The notes below the pieces were generated by a model. The model saw only the letters and a program-made list of their open reading frames with translations. It was not told the DNA's origin and did not search any database. A DNA stretch of 64,000 bases, from positions 25,419,386 to 25,483,385 of the forward strand of contig NC_068983.1 in the NCBI RefSeq assembly GCF_001194135.2, read 5' to 3'. This document shows positions 12,686 through 26,057 of this stretch, one piece after another (positions within the stretch are counted from its first letter, which is position 1; each line of letters begins with the position of its first letter). This DNA is from Octopus bimaculoides. Its lineage: Eukaryota. The position numbers and the translations under genes were made by a program.

Positions 12686-14369
12686 AAAGCAACAAATGTC
12701 TCTCCAGAAAAAGTTCAAATCTACTGAAATATATCTTTTACAACTCGCTGTATTGTGTTAGAGAACGCTAGAATTTAGAAATCAGTTGCACCGCATAGCT
12801 AGTAAAGAATAACAGTTAATTTCTTGAATTGTTTGTACTGAAGTTAAAATTTTATCGGGGATTAAGTAACACAAACATTTTGCTTGATTTTAATGACGAA
12901 CTAAATATGCATATGACATTGTAATTATGGATTATCAGAAACTCAATGAAATTATACTTTGAATTACTGAACTGTTTAAACACTATTTATAAATTAGGTT
13001 TAGATGTTTTTATAACATAGATATAGCAATGGATGATGGTTTTATCTTTTGCTCGAGAAGAATAAAGCCTTATGATTATTTCAATGAATCTTAGAACTGG
13101 AAAATTGCGGTAAATGTGATAGCGTTCTTCAGGAAGATAAATTATGCGATAAATGAAATATTGCAGAAATATTTTTTTCAAAACAGTATTTCACAGGCTT
13201 CAGTAAATATTGTTCAAGGCTGTGTAAGAAACAAGCAATGTGAAAGGCTGAATGCTGGAAAGATAAAGCTGAATAAAGAAAAGTCCGTTTAAAAACCAAA
13301 ATAAAAGTCAGATAATAGGCACAGCTTCGCAGAAACCTTGAGGTCAGATTATGTGAATCTGAGCATCATTATCTACTGCACTTATTTTCGTAGGAGATGC
13401 CTCATTTAGAACGTGTGTGTATGTGTGCGTGAATAATATTTAACAGTATGAATATATGCCCACGCAGATTCAGGTACTATCAGAGAGAATATTTTTATTT
13501 TTATGATAAATATACGTTCATTTAGAGTTGAATTACTACATGATTCTCTAGAGATATATTTTAACCAGAACAATTTAAGAATTATCCGTTAAGAAAATTT
13601 TCTTATGAAATTAATGTATTTGAATAAAATATATAGATTTTGCGATATGGTCGCGAATATTTTTATTCGTGATTTCCATGATTATTTACCATCAAAAGTA
13701 ATTCATTTTTTTTTTAAAACCCAAGTTGAAAGTATATATCTGTTATTCATATTCTATTTTTGGACTGTAGTGCATTAATTTTTAACTTGAATTTATAGAG
13801 AACACGATAACTAAACTTTTGTGTAATCCAGCAGGTAAAGGTTCTTCTCAGTGAGTTTTGATCACGAGAAACATCCAGCGGAAGACGCTGGTCTATATTT
13901 TCATATCACGTTGACTGTTAAATTGCCAATATATAAAAAAAATTAGTAGCAACACTTGATCGAATTCCACGGTTATTTTTGGTACTATAAAGATTGGTGG
14001 AATTTTGTAGTAAATCATGAAATACATAATTTCTTTTGAATTACGTTTCTTTCATGATGCGTTTAATACTTTAGATAGTGAAAAGTTCAAATACCTAATA
14101 CTCAAGAGATTCCTTGATATACTCTCCGCAGCTATTCTATCTTGGGAGTTGTCTATTATTTTTTCCCTTTGCCTTAGAAAGTTAACCTAAAAGATAGATC
14201 TATCTCATAATTCTACTAGTGTACGACAACGTTACTACAACAAATTTAATGCACTGCACTGAAAATTTATTTCCATATTAGGCAATAAACGCACATGGTT
14301 TGATTTCAACCCACCGTCCCAGTGAACGATGTGTTACGTAACAGCTGTACAGATTCTACGGAAATAACT

Positions 14370-14415
<46 letters not shown>

Positions 14416-14462
14416 TGAGTGTATGTGTTGTATGTAGGTGTCTGTGTGTCTATGTATGTATT

Positions 14463-14735
14463 GAAGGTGAGTTCAAAAGATATCTAACTTTATTTTTTTT
14501 TCGCCAGCAGAGTGGTTCAGTTTACGGCTTGGTGAGGTCCGCGATCGTTGGATTTCCGTTTTCACACATGAAGACATAACACATGGAGCAGAGGTATCGG
14601 ATCAAATTATTCTCAAAAGCTTCGTTGTATTCATGATCAAACAATTCAGAAAATTCAGCAGGCCTTTGGTGATACTGCCATGGGCAAAACTGAGATCAAG
14701 GAATGTTACAAACACTTCAAGCATTGCCCCACACC
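14463..14735 (+). pseudogene. Mariner 5' fragment (TIR plus N-terminal HTH)
   Basis: MEQRYRIKLF (ATG at 14583), frameshift, then TIQKIQQAFGDTAMGKTEIKECYKHFK, typical of a mariner N-terminus; upstream gaaggtgagttcaaaag is TIR-like. Confidence 0.8.
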
Positions 14736-15675
14736 TTGAAGCCAATATATAACAAGATTCAAGTTAGTGGAATTGTTAGTTTATCATTCAACGTACCTCA
14801 AATCTGGAAGTCAATATTACATTTAATCCATTTCAAGTCACATGTAATACCGCTAAAATATTAGTGCTAATTATATCGAATACTCTTTTCCTTCTTTTCT
14901 CAGCCATGTATCTTACAAAGTATTATTTTTATAATACATTAGACAACATAATTTTCAAATGCACTTTCATATACGTTGATCTCGCCGTTAACCTATAGCA
15001 TATAGAATTAATAGATACACAACACAATGGTATTTTTTTTTTTTAAACCGGGTACATTCTTTTATCGGGAAACTGAAACTCGGCAAAACATTTTCAGTCT
15101 TACCGAAACAATTATGTTCAATTCACTAAAAGTTATCAAAATGATAACGGACCGAAAATTTTATATGAAAATAAAAATACCTACTATAAAATTAATAATG
15201 TTAATATTGAATTATAATGTCGCAAAAATTCTCCTAATTTCATTATTATTCTGCCGTCTGTGCTGATATCAATAGACGTGTGAGTAGACAACGTACTGGA
15301 CAATACACATACATAATATTTCTGTAATATGTATTTGGTTAGCTAATGTAGTTATAATGCAGCACAACAGTATTTCAATGAGAAATTTACTTTCATTAGA
15401 TCTTTTACGAATATTTATTATTGATTATCTTGTTACATAAACGCTTGGATGTCGCCAGTTGCATACATTTTGCCTCCTTCGCGTTATTTTTCTGCTAACA
15501 CATTAATTATGATAGACATAACATTTTGCTTTTCTTTTAATATACGTTGGTGGAGGGATTTGCAAAGGGTAGGGTAGCGGTCTGGTAACCTATGAACGGC
15601 CTCGTAACCTTCACGATTAATAGCATAAATACATACACGCAAACACACACACACTCGCGCGCGCATAATTCATAC

Positions 15676-15717
<42 letters not shown>

Positions 15718-15922
15718 GGATATGAATTTACAGGTATATACATATATATGTCCTGCAGTGGATTTATTTGACTAAAAACACTTCTAGACAGTGGCCCAGC
15801 ATTGATAAAGTCAATATATATATATATATATATATTTGCCTTTATGGTACTTTTACACATGCTAGCCACTGATACTATACATTTTTAACATTAATATCCC
15901 TCTCTCTCTCTCTTACTATATA

Positions 15923-15984
<62 letters not shown>

Positions 15985-16050
15985 TGTGTGTGTGTGTATG
16001 TGTGCGTGTGTGCGTGTGCCTGCGTACGTGTGCGTGTGGTGTGTACCTTA

Positions 16051-16170
16051 GTGTTTGCATTTGTCCCGTCCACCACTTGACAACCTGTGTTGGGTTGTTT
16101 ACGTTCCGATAAATTAATCGTGCGACAAAATATAGCGAAGGTATCATTATCAGACTTATAAATTAAGTAC
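16051..16170 (+). mobile_element. SINE family B 3' portion
   Basis: gtttgcatttgtcccgtccaccacttgacaacctgtgttgggttgtttacgttcc aligns to 7139-7200. Confidence 0.55.
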
Positions 16171-16291
16171 CGACACGAATTTATCGCTAAAATAGGGAGA
16201 ATCTCATACATACATTCGGGGCATCCAATATGCAATCCACTCCAACTCTGACAAAGCAAATCAAACACTTTTCCACAGTTTTTTGTTGCAA

Positions 16292-16390
16292 GCAAATTAA
16301 GTACCATTTGCATACTGGGGCTGATCTAATCAACTGGCCCCTCCTCCAAAATTTCAGGCCTTGTACTTATAGTTGAAAGAATAATTATTA
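16292..16390 (+). mobile_element. SINE family A 3' half
   Basis: aaattaagtacc...ctggggctgatctaatcaactggcccctcctccaaaatttcaggccttgt. Confidence 0.75.
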
Positions 16391-16396
16391 TCATAA

Positions 16397-16595
16397 TTGG
16401 TGAGCTGGCAGAATTGTTTGCACGCCGGATGAAATGCTTAGCGGTGTTTCGTTCGTCACTAGTTTCTGAGCTTAGATCGACTTTGCCTTTTACTCTTCCG
16501 GATTAGATAAATTAAGTACCAGTGAAACACCGGGGTCGATGTAATCGACTAGTCTCCTTCCCCCAAATTTCAGGTCGTGTGCCTTTAGTAAAAAT

Positions 16596-16596
<1 letters not shown>
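16397..16596 (+). mobile_element. SINE family A, full length
   Basis: ggtgagctggcagaattgtttgcacgccggatgaaatgcttagcgg...; (ATT)n tail. Confidence 0.85.
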
Positions 16597-17140
<544 letters not shown>

Positions 17141-17298
17141 ACTGGTGTCTCAATACATGGTTATGATGCGTCCCGACTACTTCTGCTCATGATCAGAAAT
17201 GCACATGTCGTCAGCCACCAAGGGACATGCTCAACTGGTTAAGATCAAACCACTGACAAGCAAATCTGTGGTCTTAAGCAAAATATTTGCTATTATTA

Positions 17299-17359
<61 letters not shown>

Positions 17360-18982
17360 TATTATTATTATTGTTATTATATATTTAATAAATAGCTGTA
17401 TAAAAGCAAAGGGCAGCATAGTTTCACATGAGTTTATGTTGAAATCTTTCCAGCAGTGGTTGTGTATATTTTAAACTCTGAAGGAAAAATAATGTAGCAT
17501 ATTATTTCTTTCATATTAGTGTAATCCTAGGATTTAGCATTCCTGTTCAGTGAAATGCAATTTCAACACCGCAGGAATCGCTAATTGAGTTATTGCTGCT
17601 GTAACATATGTCCATTATCCAGTGAGATAAACTTACAATACACAGTTCTCAATAATCAAACCTACAACGCATATTATAGAGCGAGACGTTAAACTCAGGA
17701 TTTCCCATTTACCACACTTTAAAATGGATGTTTATATGAATCAACGATTACCCCATGAAATATCTAAGTTTCTCTCCTTTATTAATTTATGTATTTAAAC
17801 GAGTATTGGCTGTGTCTATGAATAAGTAATGTCATATATTAAATCTGAAATTATTTAGTAATTCCAGAAGAAGAATTTATTGAAAGTGTCTAATGTAATT
17901 TACACGCATTAGTTGCGTTAAATACTAACATATTTGAATCGTTTTGTAATAAAAGACAGATTTCACTTTCCTTTAAGTTTTCTTCCTTGTAAATTTTGGC
18001 AAACATTCTATAATTAGAAGAGGTTCGAATTTATTATGACTTTCTCGGAGACAGTTTGCCAAATGAATTCAGTAAATTTGTTAACCGTAGAAAGTCCAAC
18101 CAAACATTCTTTTTATTATATTTTAACTTTCCGTTTGAAGCAACACACTAAACTATCCCACCCACTTGATACGATAGAACTAATCATTAAACTTTTCTTA
18201 CTTTGCCAAGCAATTAAAATGAAAATGTTTTCGCTGTAATAAACAAATTCCATTAATTTATAGAGAAAGTGCGTAGTAAGCTGAAATCATTTGGCGATAT
18301 CCTACCAACGTCTTGCAGCCTTATACACTACATGTCTCCTATTCTGTTTTTGCTTCTTTTCTCTCAGAGGAATAACTAGAATATGTCATTCATGCAGATA
18401 TGTGTATTTCGTCTTTAATTAATTATCAGGATATTATCAACAATTTGTTATCTGTTTCATCAATATTCTAATTATAATTGATTGAACATACAAAAGCCCA
18501 CGTGGATCAAAACATATACGCTAAACATATTATTGTTGACACTGTTTCTTTTAAAGAAAACTATGACTACAGAAAATTGAAAACAGATATGTTGCTTGAA
18601 TAAGAAACCAATTCTTCGATACCATAATAAAGTAAATGTTTTATAATCCACCCGGAAAAGTAAATGTTTTATAATTTACTCACTAGACTTCAAATGTATT
18701 CTACACAATTAATACAAATGTATTACCACATAGCTCTGAGACTGGCAATGCTACACTTTCGAACGATAAATGCAGCAATTGAGCGATTCTCAAGTATAAG
18801 AAATATAAGGTTATTCAGCGGAATTGATTTGCATTCCCTATTTAGGATGGTAGACGATAGACCAATCAACTTGAGTGTATTATTTACACTCAAGTTCCAT
18901 CTAACCGTGTCCAATGCAGTGCATTCTGTGTCAGTAATCATCCCTCCACACATGCATAATAAGATATACACGAATATCTACA

Positions 18983-19017
<35 letters not shown>

Positions 19018-19544
19018 TTGCCTGCACCTTTCGCTCTCTCTCTTTCTCCCCCCTCTCTCTCTCACTTATATACACACACACATTTTAATTAAAAGGTCGT
19101 TGCTTTAAGCAGTTTTACGTATATATAAAAAAAACATATGCTCCTTAGAAAATTAAAGTGTTAAAGCTATAGTCAAATACAGTATAAAATATATTTTGAT
19201 GTATCCTTTACATTTTACATACATACATGCATACATACATACATACAAACATACATACATATATACATGCATACATATACATATATATATATATGAATGT
19301 ATGTATATAAAGAATGGGGTGTGCGTGTTTTCCTTACTTTTGGGTTTCATGTGACGATCATCCAGTTTTTCGATATGTTGAGCGACCACAATGAATTTGT
19401 ACGTAAAGTGGCTGAATATTGCAAAGAGAAGCGTGTCCGTAATGTCCTTAAGTTAATTCACAAATCGAATCACCCTGTCACATTGCAACGAGACTGAAGC
19501 CTTGAATATTCGTTCAACAGATATCTGCATAACTTCATTCTGCT

Positions 19545-19770
19545 CATAAACAATATGAGCGATCACTATATGGATCGCTTGTATGATAAAAATAAACGTC
19601 AAACCGTGTTAGCACTAAATCTCTGTTCTCAACTTAATAATACTCTAGATGTTTACGCTCGTAAACATCTGGCGTGTTACTAATGTGAGAACAGATTTAG
19701 TCGTAAGACGGTTTGACGTCTATTTTTATCATACAAGGGATCCATATAGTGATCTTTCATATTGTTTATG
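19545..19770. repeat. 226-bp imperfect palindrome (long inverted repeat)
   Basis: Arms 19545-19657 and 19660-19770 are reverse complements with 13 mismatches and one 2-nt indel; 2-nt centre. Confidence 0.95.
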
Positions 19771-20174
19771 TTTAAGTAAAAATTCACAGCTGTCGGACTT
19801 TTTTAAGTATGCTGATCACTAGTTGAAAGTGATATTATTTAATACTATTATTTAACATTATTAATTTCTACTCTTATTATTCATTCTACTCAGTTTCATT
19901 CAAAAGGGAAGATTACCTCCTACTAGGTCTTATCCTTTAGACTTCCTTGCAATTGCTACCAGTGGCTAGCAGTCTTGAGACACTTTGTTGTGACGCAGCA
20001 TTCATGCCTGTGAGTGTGACCCGTGTATATATGGTAAAATAAGATAAACTTAATGGCTCTTAATTTTTTATCAAAATAAATGTCTCTAATATACAATAGA
20101 AAATGTGATATTTTAGTGAAGACATTGGAAATGTAAATTACGAAGTAGGAGCTTTAAGCAGTGATATGTATAAA

Positions 20175-20770
20175 TGCAATGTTACTACCAGTTCAAATAT
20201 GCTAATGGCACGTTTGGACTAATAAAAATGCCATTCACTGTGTTGTATCATGGAGAAAATTTCTCACTGTTGATTATGGTGTAAATACACCTAGATCAGT
20301 TCGCAGCGCCCCCTTTACAGACTGTGAGATGCAGCATTTCAGAGTAGTTATCTTCTTCTCAGTCACAAACGCTGGGCAGATGGCACTGTGAACTGATCTA
20401 AGAGACTGATTCTCTCATGGCGCCTATGGCTCAGAACACTCTACCAACTAATCTAGGTGTACTTACACTATTGTCAACAGTATTTCGGAGTAGCTATCTC
20501 TTCTTCGGTGGCAGACCCTTGGCAGAGGACACTGCGAAATGATGAAAGAGTAATCGTCTTACTATTTCAGTCATCATGCGATGACTGATAACGCTACGCG
20601 GTGGTTCTCCTAATTACATTACGAAATCTGGAAGGGGGCGTTGCGAACTGATCTAGGTGTATTTACACCATTCTCAACAGAAAGAAGTTCTCCATGGCGA
20701 AACAGAGAGAACGGCTTTTTAATTAACCCAAATGTGCCATAAGCATATTTAAACCAGTACTAATATTGCA
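20175..20770. mobile_element. Foldback/MITE-like element with about 145-bp terminal inverted repeats
   Basis: 20175-20321 is the reverse complement of 20627-20770, including an exact 27-bp core atggtgtaaatacacctagatcagttcgc; non-coding interior; no TSD recognised. Confidence 0.75.
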
Positions 20771-21936
20771 CTGAAAAGGTAATAGAAAAAGAAACTAGTG
20801 TATAATTTCAGCTTTTGATTTCAAATATTTCTAACTTTGATTTCATCCTTGTTTGTTTGACAATTGTTCGACAATGCATTGTCCATTGAAGTTCGAAGAT
20901 TTGTGACAATATGCAAAATCAATACATCAGATAGTCACCACCAGTATGTGTGTATGTATTTTCTCTGAATGAGTAGTTCAGTTTCAAATATCGTCCAAAA
21001 GGTGCTGGACATCAGAATTTTTAAGAGGTTAAAAATAAGTTATTGTAGTTTTTTGTTCCAAATCGACGGGATTTGAACTCAGGGCCTTGTCTTTCATTCG
21101 TTTACGATCAACTAAATACCAATCAAGTATTATTCCGTTCACACAAAATATGTCTAAAGTACAATCTACTTCATGTGTGTGCACCTGTATATGTGAGCGT
21201 GTATAAATGTATATATGTATACACAACCTCAGTCCAGCGTGTAAATATGTATGTACAACGTTGGTCAAGTATTGTATATCAATTTTCCTTATTAGTTTTC
21301 CAAAATAATACCTTAGTTTGATTTGAAACGTTCTGTAAAATGCTTATAGGTCATTCATCATTAGAAAAGTGTCAAAAAAATCACCTGTCAATTTTTAGCA
21401 AAGTAATGATTAGTAGCAAAACTGTTGCCATATATTTATGATGTAAAGTCATTCTACGAAAGACTAATAATGTATTTTCCGAAACTGAACAGTATATTAC
21501 AAATGAGAATGATAGTTCGTTATTTGAAGTGTAATATTTGTCATATCACATATTTCTTCAGCCTTTGAAAGAGAACTATGGGGAACCAGTCAATTCTCCT
21601 TCGTTGTAAGTATTATGGCCATACGTCGAAGCGGAAATTGCTACTAAATGAGTAATTATATAATAAATAGATTTTATGATATATTGCATATTTGTTTACT
21701 TCAACTTCTTTAATCATAATAATTGATTTATCTTTTCTGTTCCCGTGTAAAGTATCTGTCAACAAATTACATGTAACAGTTGCTTCTTATATGAAATATG
21801 TTTTTAAGCATATAAAGAAAATTTTACGGAGAAGGTAGTAATTGATGCCGAGCTGAAGATGTTCAATTCACGCATAGACTGTACGAATTTATCAAGCTGG
21901 ACTGGCCAGCAGGGTTTCTTTTAGACACATTTTTAT

Positions 21937-22153
21937 ATTGATTTCAAATTTGGTACAAGGCCAGCAATTTCAGGGAAGAGATTAAGTCGATTACCTCGAC
22001 CACAATACTCGACTGATACTTATTCTATCGACCCCGAAATGTGGAAAGGTAAAATCAACCACTGCCAAATTTGAACGTAAGAACGTAAAGACGGACACAA
22101 TCATACAATGCCCTTAGCCCGCCGTGCTAACAGTATTGTCAGCTCACCACCTT
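21937..22153 (-). mobile_element. SINE family A, full length
   Basis: Reverse complement of the family A consensus. Confidence 0.85.
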
Positions 22154-22169
22154 AGGTAAAGGTTTAATA

Positions 22170-22384
22170 GCGATTTCAAATTTTGGCACAAAGCCAGCAA
22201 TTTCGAGGGATGAGATAAGTAGATTACACCGACTCCAGTGTTCAACTGTTGCTTACTTTACCAGCCCCGAAAGGGATGAAAGGTGAAGTCCGACATGGCG
22301 GCATTAGGACGCAGAACGTAAGCAAGGATGACATATCACTAAGCATTTTCTGCCGTATGCTATCAATCCTGTCAGGTCACCGCA
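22170..22384 (-). mobile_element. SINE family A, full length, in tandem with the previous copy
   Basis: Reverse complement of the family A consensus; about 16 bp from the neighbour. Confidence 0.85.
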
Positions 22385-22648
22385 TTTGTGCTATAGTTTA
22401 AATATTTAGAAATATGAAACATTGTAACATTTTGGTTGTCTTCCAGTTTAAGCTTAAACTTCCTCAGTTTGCGGTTTCACTACAATCTTTTTTTTTATAT
22501 ATACTGTTCAATTGGAGCATGTATAAAGGTCTATACTTTAACATATTACAGACTAATAAGGTACTGTTATCTTTGTGGTATTAGCTTCCCACAAATGTTA
22601 ACATATTTATGTGGATTAAAAATTCGTAATATTATTTCACATTTGTGG

Positions 22649-22720
22649 GAAGTTAGCTGTAACATTGTTTTAGAAGTTAGCTGTAACATTGTTTTAGAAG
22701 TTAGCTGTAACATTGTTTAA
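22649..22720 (+). repeat. 24-bp tandem repeat x3 (gaagttagctgtaacattgtttta)
   Basis: Direct reading; produces the EVSCNIVL x3 in ORF 22436-22720. Confidence 0.95.
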
Positions 22721-22721
22721 A

Positions 22722-22968
22722 AGTTTTGTACAATGCCAGCAATTTTAGACGGGGGAGATAACTCGATTAATTTGACCCGTGCTGATTTTATGGACTCGTT
22801 GAAGCTTTATCAACCCATTCTGATTTTATTGACCTCTTAAAGATAAAAGTCGTATCGACCACGGTGGAATTTGAAATCAGTATGTAAAGAGCCGAAATAA
22901 ATTCCTCTAAGCACTTTGTCCGACGTACCAACCTTTTAGAGTAAGTTGTAATAATATACTCAGCTGCC
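22722..22968 (-). mobile_element. SINE family A, degenerate
   Basis: gtcgtatcgaccacggtggaatttgaaatcag...ctaagcactttgtccgacgtacc is the reverse complement of the head. Confidence 0.7.
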
Positions 22969-24323
22969 ATGTATATCTATCAACTGGCTGGTCTGCAGTT
23001 TTCATCTCTCCAGCTACTACATAATTATTTGCTAGTCGATTTCTATACACAAATCGAAGAGAATAAAGTATAGGTAAACCATTTTTTCAAAATAGCTTCT
23101 ACTATATCTGTGATAGTATAATAATCTTTGGATACGATTTTCAGTGTCATTTGCACAACGTCTTCTGCCAGTTTACATCGAACACAATGTCTTTTAAATC
23201 AAAATTATGTATCATATTTCTCCATTACAAATTTGTAGCATATATTGATAGAAAAAGGCACTTATTATTACAAACTGACAAATGTATGTTTTACCATTAT
23301 GCACAATCATTCTGTTTCGAGAAAATTTTGATATTCAGAGAAGATAAAGTGCTAAACGTCTTGACACTAGTCACTTTTTAGAACGTTTTTCTTGTCAGTC
23401 GTATCAAATATGATAGCAGATATTGGAAAACAAATATGTTGACACGAATTTTGTATGACAATAGTTACATGTTGACTGTAATTAAATATTCACTTCGACG
23501 TGAAATCATGCATAATTTAACTATATTCAGGAAGAAAAACAAACACTACTACTAATTTACTACTGACTTTGCTGCTGAGAATTACATTACATTTAACTTT
23601 AATAATTGACCTCCATTTTGACGAGTCAATCATTTTCAGATTCAAAATTTTATAAAAAGAAAACAAGTCTATACAGAATTAAAGAAATACAATAGTTTTC
23701 ATTGAGATTGTTTCATCATGTCGTACACTTGAAATGTGTCCATAATAGAATCATGAAATTGACGCTTTCCCTTTACTAATGGCATTCGGCCAGCTTGTAG
23801 AGTCTATACTTTGCCATTTATATAGTAATGATTATATGAGCAGCAAGATATTGTAAATGAATAAATATACAGCAGAATATCGCTGCAAGTGAAACACATT
23901 ACTATACCATTGAGGACAGAACTTTTATATCACATATGTTATCTGAAATGTGTCTGTAATAATACAATTTTCGGACAGTTGTGAAAAGTAGAAAAAACGA
24001 TAAGAATTGATGGAAAATTGATAATGTTCCTGTTTTTCAAAGTGACTATAGCCGTTATATAATAAAATAACATTTTATTTTAGTGTGAATGTTAAGTAGG
24101 AGGATATCATTTACTTGCTAAACAGTTTTTTAATCATACTTCCTTTGACGTATACAGGCGAAAATTGTCTGAAATGAAAGTTATATATCAAAACATAGGT
24201 CTTATTCAATAGTAACATAGTTTTCCTAATCTTGTAACATCCTAAAAGGAACAGCATTTGTCTCACTACTAATGAAAATATACGGGCGAGTTAAGATAAA
24301 AATATCAAGTTATGTTTAATGTA

Positions 24324-24325
24324 TG

Positions 24326-24358
<33 letters not shown>

Positions 24359-24439
24359 NNNNNNNNNNNNNNNNNNNNNNNNNNNNNNNNNNNNNNNNNN
24401 NNNNNNNNNNNNNNNNNNNNNNNNNNNNNNNNNNNNNNN
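24324..24439. repeat. (TA)n plus N-gap 24359-24439
   Basis: Direct reading. Confidence 0.95.
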
Positions 24440-25099
24440 ATAATAGTAATTAAGGAGTATCATGAACTCTTGTGTTGTCATTTTTCTCCCCCTAAAAATC
24501 AGTAGCAAACCAGAATGAAGCTGCTGAAGGAAATAAAATAATTATTTAATTATAGAGTAGTTTTTGCTATTTGTACAATATTCATTTCGTGCTTTCCAAC
24601 CACATACTGACAATGAATAAATAGAAATAATGTACTCAAAGCAGCATTCTGCTATTTTCATACCTTCACATACGAAATGATTATCTAATATTGCTGCCGA
24701 TTAGTCCTTTTCAAAGCAATGGCAATACAATTTAATGGAAATATATATTCAAAATAGCTGGAAACGTGTACAATTCTATAAATTTTAGAAACGATTATCA
24801 GCTTCAGTATACTATTACTTCATTCGATTACATCAGCCATAACGTCGTTTGAATCAAGAAATATTTGGAGCCAAAGCCTCCCATAAAAAAAAAAAACTAT
24901 TTGGGCGTCATGTTTTATAGTCGCATACACCTTTAATGCATGAATAGCTCTAAGAGGTGACCTCAAATCTGAAGGCACATAGAACTGAGTACCCCCAGTA
25001 TTTCACAGAAATTTCAGTAATTGCTTCGCTTTTAGAACTCGCACAACTGCAGTTCAGGTGGAACAACTCGTTAGAACAGAAGCGTAAAACTGGTGAAAG

Positions 25100-25860
25100 C
25101 ACTCAATAAAAAGTGGTTTTGAAATCGACAGAGAAGCCTACTGTCACACATCGTTCCAGTGCAAAAAAAATCAAAGTCTGTTGTTGTTTTGAATATCTTA
25201 CATCAACATGTACAAGTTCCTTCTGAAAATAACCCCAAGAAGAAGATTGACATCATACATTTTTTATATCAAATAGGGCTGGCGTATACGTGCTTGACCA
25301 ACTGGAAAAATTTTATTCAGTCAAAGCAAGCAGTAGACGATTGTCAATGCACGTCTTTTATAATATTTTGGATGATGCTCTTATAAACATCTGGGTAATA
25401 TACACAAGTATCAGCAATTCGGTCATTTGTCAACGGGAATATATTCAAAAAGTCGATGAAGAAATTAGTGGTGATTCACCTCACGGTCGTTCATGTGCAT
25501 TCAAACGCCATATTGATAAAACATCTGCATCTAGAAATAAAGTCAGGCGTACATGAGTGAAAACAAAATGCCGTAGCAGAGCCACAGAAATGTATGTAGT
25601 CTGTAAGGAAACCTCTGTGTGACAAATGTACGCAAAAACGTTACGATGAATGTTTAGAATTTCAATAACGTCCTTTCTATTTTGTAAGGATAAGTTTCTG
25701 TCAAAATATTAAACTATTGCCACTAATATCAACAGAAGTACTAAAATTCAATAGATTTATACATTTTACAATGATTTATTTACATCTCCTTTTCTGCTTT
25801 TTTTTTCCTTTCCAATTAAAAACATCTTTCCATCAATTGACGCATCTGGTCGTTAAAGGT
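25100..25860 (+). pseudogene. piggyBac transposase C-terminal relic with probable 3' end
   Basis: QKKSKSVVVLNILHQHV..., frameshift, GVYVLDQLEKFYSVKASSRRLSMHVFYNILDDALINIWVIY resembles the piggyBac GVDxxDQM...RRWP..VFYNILD..IN.W motif; degenerate Cys-rich tail; ends gacgcatctggtcgttaaagg. Confidence 0.85.
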
Positions 25861-26012
25861 GGGTGAAAAGTCCGATCCTTCTAGCATTAAATGTGGTAGG
25901 TGTATTTCAACATGAGATGGCAAATCAGTACCTGGAACGAAATCGGTAGTTATATAAACAATTGAAACTCTAAAGGAAAAAACTTCAATCTCTCTCTCCC
26001 TCTCTCAGTTTC

Positions 26013-26057
<45 letters not shown>

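Noticed and set aside
17523-17584. 12-bp palindrome plus a roughly 50-nt hairpin as a pre-miRNA
   Set aside because: Large 5x6 internal loop and 3-nt terminal loop; not a canonical precursor shape
18664-19092. 142-aa ORF overlapping an 82-aa antisense ORF
   Set aside because: No recognisable domain, ends in microsatellite, no splice or codon support
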